From contig MU053416.1 of NCBI GenBank assembly GCA_013239625.1, forward strand, positions 377,496 through 403,494: 25,999 nt of DNA. The letters run 5' to 3'. The notes beneath the pieces are model-generated. The model had not been told where the DNA came from and did no database searches. It worked only from the letters and a program-made list of their open reading frames with translations. The stretch's first letter is position 1. Every line of letters begins with the position of its first letter. Position numbers and translations under genes: made by a program. Below, piece after piece: positions 23,765 to 25,999 of this stretch. This DNA comes from Lama guanicoe. Lineage: Eukaryota.

Positions 23765-23919
23765 GTGAGTAAGTCACCATCAGTGGAGCCCTCTCTTTAA
23801 AAGATGAAGAGAACATTTGCTCCTTCTCCCTGCTTGGGGACTTGGATGAGATGAGGCACCACATAAAGAATGGAGCCCCACCTCATTCTGACCCCTGCTC
23901 TTTCCATTCCTTTCTCCAG

Positions 23920-23998
23920 GGGAAAAGAGTACAATTCAACAGTATAAAGATTGATTGTGAGCTAATGAGATAGACAAGACAACCGAATATTTATTAAA
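23920..23998 (+). other. Candidate terminal exon
   Basis: Branch point CTGAC 23888-23892, AG-free pyrimidine tract, CAG|G at 23917-23920, TAG 23971-23973 and ATTAAA 23993-23998. Confidence 0.3.
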
Positions 23999-24053
23999 TA
24001 TCCTTTCATGCCAGAAACAAATGTATTATACATACAAAAAGCACACAAAGCAC

Positions 24054-24290
24054 GGTAGTACTGTGGTTACAAACGTGGCTCCGAGTTCGAGTCCTGCTGT
24101 GGAGTGACCAGTCCTGTAAGTTGGAGAACTGGTAGGTTGCTTAGCCTTTCCCGGACTTGTTTTGTGTCCCACAGAGATGGGGCTCGCTAGGCGTCCCTCC
24201 CCCATAGAGGTGCTGACGGGTGTAAATGACGCGAGTGGGCAGCCCAAGCACAGCTGTTCGTTCCTCGTAAGTGCAGGATCGCATAGCTTT
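24054..24290 (+). mobile_element. MIR SINE, GC-enriched copy
   Basis: gtagtactgtggttacaaacgtggctc...gttcgagtcctgct...cttagcctttcccggactt...agatgggg...catagaggtgctgacgggtgtaaatga. Confidence 0.6.
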
Positions 24291-25999
24291 TGCGGTGATG
24301 GCTTTATGACCGCCCTGTGTAGACTCTCAGTGCTCCAAAGGGATGCCTTTTGGTTTGGAGGTGGGGTTCTCACTTCTGTAAATACCCAAGGATTGTATTA
24401 TTGGGCCCTTCTGATTTGAATCTATTCTTTAGAAAGTACATATTGTAGATATGTTTTTCAAGCATGTGTGCTTTTTTTCTTTTATTATTTACAGTTCTAC
24501 CCTCTCATTTCTTGGTATGACTTTTCATGGAATCCAGGAACCAGTCCTAAGCTACCTGCCTCTTCACACTTTTTTCTGGTGATTTCCTTCCCTGAATAGA
24601 AGAAGGTTTTGCATAGGATATTATATTTGTTCCCCTTTTCTTCGAGTCTCCCTGTCTGTCTGCCCATCTCTCACCTGTCCAACTATCCATTTATGTACCG
24701 ACTCATTCTTCTGACTTGTTCCAACAATCATTTCAGGTAGCTTACAGAATAACAGATACCAAATAAACAGGTGAGAGAATGGGGCCAAGTTCAGACAGTG
24801 AGGCTAGGAGGTGAGCCTGTTTGAGGGTTGCAGGTGTGAGACACACGCCTCTGCCCTGTGACTTATAAGATCGACAGTAAGAGTGTACCTGAGGCTCCCA
24901 GCAGACACAGGGAAACAGGGTTTGTGGGAGATGCTCACTGGCTCTGAAATAAATTTGTGGTTAGGAGAAGCCCAGCATTTCCAGCTAGTAAGTCTTACGA
25001 AAATATTTTGAGTGTCTTCTGAAATCAGAGTATTTCATCTTTTCTTTTGTCAGAGTTCTGTGTATAGTTGGTTACATTCTATACCTGGAAATTTCTCCAA
25101 AACTGCTTCCCACGTGAGTCCCATGGCTCGGGAATGGTGAGGTTTTGCTCATTGACGGGGTTTGGCCAGAAACATAAAATCACAGCCTCCAAGGAGCCAG
25201 GGATTTGAGAGTTATGTTTTGTCAGTGCTGTAGATTTAAGAAAATGTTTTCAATTTCTCTTCATCTGAGGTGGCAGCATGCTCTCTTACCAGCATCAGGA
25301 GCTCAGGGTCACGGGATGGTGTGGACTGACTGCACTGTCTTCAAGACAGCTAAGGTAGTCTCTACAGGAGTGGTTCTTTTATGTAGTGCATTTCATGTTC
25401 TTTAATAGAAGATTTCAACAGGGAGTTAATAAACTGAGTTAATTAACATTTGATAAATATGATGCTTTGTTGAAAAGACAGTTATAGGCAGTATATAAGC
25501 TGTGAAGACTTTAAAAAACGTTTCATTACTGAAATTTCAGTAGGAAAGATTCAGTTTATCTTATTTATGCCTCTCTTTTAAAGTAACAAAGAAACAAGAC
25601 AGAAAAAGCAGAGGATGATTTCTGTTCTTCCTCTCGGCTTGCAGGTGCCCTCACCTCCAGTGGCATCCATCCAGACACCAGCACTGACACTGGCCGGGCT
25701 CAAAACTACCTCAGCCCTGAAGACACAACTGACAAATAGAAGGGGGCCACGCCCTGTTACAGCAGGTGCTCTCACTTTGCGGGTCCTTATGTAACTGCGA
25801 GGCGTTATTCAGGATCGCCCGTTCTACATAGTGTGACGCTGCTGCGGTCTCTCCTAGTTATTTTTCTGTGAGTACTTGTGTATTTTCTACAATGTGTGGT
25901 ACTATACACCTAAAAATGTTTTTTTCAGATGAAAAATAATGTGTATTTATTATAATAAGTCTGAAAAAAGGGACAAAAGAGGCTATCCTGGTCCCACTA

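Noticed and set aside
24050..24330. CpG-richer patch as a CpG island or promoter, with ORFs 24026-24373 and 24162-24419
   Set aside because: It is short and coincides with a MIR copy, with no other promoter evidence.
1..25999. CRISPR arrays, prokaryotic operons or defence systems, rRNA
   Set aside because: There is no repeat-spacer periodicity or dense coding. The content is mammalian exon, intron and repeat sequence.

Overview
This is mammalian genomic DNA, probably camelid, judged from two Vic-1-like tRNA-derived SINEs. The window holds the 5' part of a degenerate, intron-containing copy of TRAPPC9 (NIBP) on the + strand. Three TRAPPC9-homologous exons keep canonical splice sites: 139-711 (ATG at 149, two frameshifts, premature TAG at 503-505), 8899-9020, and a 27-nt microexon at 17630-17656. 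The 129-nt exon expected between the last two could not be found. The rest is intron-like sequence with old repeats (MER33, L2, MIR, L1M), a betaretrovirus-like solo LTR with a 6-bp target-site duplication (TSD), and a probable L1-mediated 3' transduction. Two strong candidate exons near 23.7-24.0 kb could give the truncated copy a new 3' end. All comparisons to human TRAPPC9 and repeat consensuses are from memory, not from a database search, and old-repeat boundaries are approximate. No prokaryotic systems, CRISPR arrays or RNA genes are supported.
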